Below are positions 63,301-64,000 of a DNA stretch of 64,000 nucleotides, piece by piece. The position numbers and the translations under genes were made by a program. This DNA is from an uncultured virus (IMG/VR IMGVR_UViG_2713897279_000003) (taxonomy: Duplodnaviria; Heunggongvirae; Uroviricota; Caudoviricetes), in the IMG/VR virus record IMGVR_UViG_2713897279_000003. One strand, written 5' to 3'. The notes under the pieces were generated by a model. It was given only the letters and a program-made list of their open reading frames with translations, did not search any database and was not told the DNA's origin. Positions within the stretch are counted from its first letter, which is position 1; every line of letters begins with the position of its first letter.

Positions 63301-64000
63301 CAAGTTAACTTATAAATAGCCATACCATTGACTCCTGCACCACCTGAGTCCCATTCAAAGGAATAGCCTGAGCATGTTTGAGGATCAAATCTAAATACAC
63401 ATCCATAAAGGTCATCATCCCATAATGTTCTGGATTCTACTTTAAATGAAAAAGCATAATCTTTTAATTCCACATGCTTTGGGTTATACCAACCAGAATA
63501 ATATCCTTGGTTAATTAAATTGATTACTTTATCATATCCTTTTTCAGGCGGTCCATGCCAGTCACCAGGTCCATCTATATGATTTCCCTTCGTATCAAAT
63601 ACTTTATCAGGATGCTGGTCCCATTGCTTCCACTCACCTGTAAAGTTTGATATATCAATTGCATTTCCGACTGGATACACGACTTCCATATCTACATCAA
63701 CGTCAAATTGAATATCTTCTGGTAAAAACATAGACATAGCACTAAAGGACTCATCTGCATGAAGTTTCTTAGGTGAACGATAACCCCAGTTAAAACATAA
63801 AGAGCCTTCATAGAATGGATCATTGTAATTTGGATTTTCTTTCTTTATTGGAATATCCTCTTGAAAGTCTAATTGAGTGTATTTTTTCTCTCCCAGATAG
63901 TTACGTTTAGTAGGGTCATGAAGTTCATCTATATGATACGACTGAAAATGAACCCAATCATATAGATTTAATACATCCTTATTAATCGTAAGAGTATGGT
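60336..64000 (-). CDS. Large putative virion protein (5' partial) with TSP-C-like lectin, PA14 and Ig-like domains
   Basis: The frame stays open from 63737 to the window edge. WDDDLYGCVFRF; PA14 pattern FTVSWNGYIYAPQTGYYRF...NDGFRLWI...GKWYPIR...LHWSRP. Confidence 0.8.
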   Translation of the reverse strand, partial: HTLTINKDVLNLYDWVHFQSYHIDELHDPTKRNYLGEKKYTQLDFQEDIPIKKENPNYNDPFYEGSLCFNWGYRSPKKLHADESFSAMSMFLPEDIQFDVDVDMEVVYPVGNAIDISNFTGEWKQWDQHPDKVFDTKGNHIDGPGDWHGPPEKGYDKVINLINQGYYSGWYNPKHVELKDYAFSFKVESRTLWDDDLYGCVFRFDPQTCSGYSFEWDSGGAGVNGMAIYKLTCKNPDQVGKGHLNFSKIRLVHDPEWWDPDGSDNKLIPNRKFYTHDVKISVIGNKFQVYVDGKLKLEAIDKEDTYKSGAWGPITYSNPDTYFWNFWLQTYKRVTPKERPGFRKHLQFTKKRKLIEGEEAFYELELDEEVMKEKFEKEYLSFCQSVKLEPRFVVSIEYFIRNDESDYEVYFKEFQKIRVLELSPSVLEANPLGHTSIQEAVKRYGNFDISKSIEIVQDVYQNWNKYKVEDFDVLTFTPADCNAGTDFSDDMIDFVRKFKASSNKVIIFSHDTISGNIKNTIKLLEEFGFKKANYEPYTRGDKITLIDPSFNYPYPLTGTIDVSVSHWNQCLNGIPIYKFAHENRPWLSFIDNVYYSEAGDSTYYCDGRFRQQLSDNEMKIWVNLMCRIAQWKPSEKPKMTAYGESKLFATVRGQNPPIPDPNQNKYPSKNEPTIPVLQPPTESDPNDGFTVSWNGYIYAPQTGYYRFKVQVNDGFRLWIANKLLINEWHITSAEDFFPSYEASVYMEGGKWYPIRANFFDNVGQAVIRLHWSRPSKDFERIHPKYLTPYLGYKLFAQVKKARPLPWHPLVHNGYYYHQEREHYLYAEKKEYIVTPDKNNSIMIQPRPQQGCPIIVQDNQGNTLRKVTFYDDNWNLTLENKEVFHGNGYAKYYLNYKGIDKETLKVYLNGSLIEMNDLIFHEEVSAIEFMKEINATDIIEVRYILLYSYILDINADLETDSARIILHNNYEENKMKNMKVIYESAKETPFYRAKEIVLNPLLTHNHTGFLYLSETGEQDAKSIQAHLSDKTISNSGKEKVLVTVSILDKYNNPCPNKIVKIYRDDKPINAEFITNEAGEVYIYDTPIPPKGLISIYRIECNDLRKELLLNYYAENKKERFYIDVVAPKLAILSGVDDYSTIKMTLRDSSWNPVMKDKKMNVEYRDTHGNARKKEVITNDFGQAEFILSGLKEKHGEIMIKVSYDMGFEQAASYVYIKVIGG

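Noticed and set aside
46084..64000. Diversity-generating retroelement targeting the adhesin-like genes
   Set aside because: No reverse transcriptase, and no template/variable repeat pair noticed.
1..64000. tRNA/rRNA genes, IS transposases, capsid/terminase/portal genes
   Set aside because: None recognised in this window; head genes presumably lie outside it.

Overview
AT-rich 64 kb segment of a large Bacillus-type (most likely B. cereus group; inferred from protein families and promoter/RBS style) phage-plasmid, i.e. a jumbo plasmidial prophage reminiscent of pBtic235-like elements, showing clear gene decay. The left ~17 kb is mostly + strand. It holds an SNF2 helicase split by a group I intron at its Walker A motif, ssb, several HTH/coiled-coil proteins and a pcrA remnant. 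The centre holds a dif site, an SOS-boxed yolD remnant, 8 palindromic iterons plus DnaA-box-like sites, a frameshifted small toxin-like ORF, and an HTH/DnaA-N rep gene with a probable antisense RNA. The right ~41 kb is - strand. It holds an endolysin, a dUTPase pseudogene, DnaE broken by a (GAAA)4 tract, a RemA homologue, a sigma-like factor, a subtilase, a holin, a DnaB-like helicase, an AEP primase, a Rad52-like annealase, and a large cluster of paralogous virion-like proteins with Ig-like, VWA, TSP-C-like and PA14 domains. The most striking unannotated signal is a 14-bp palindrome, TGTAATGCATT(A/T)CA. I found 12 copies by eye, 11 of them intergenic, most overlapping sigmaA-like promoters of lytic-type operons; one sits at the centre of a perfect 60-bp palindrome. 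This suggests an element-wide master-repressor (or dispersed centromere) system. All family calls come from motif recognition by eye; no searches were run.
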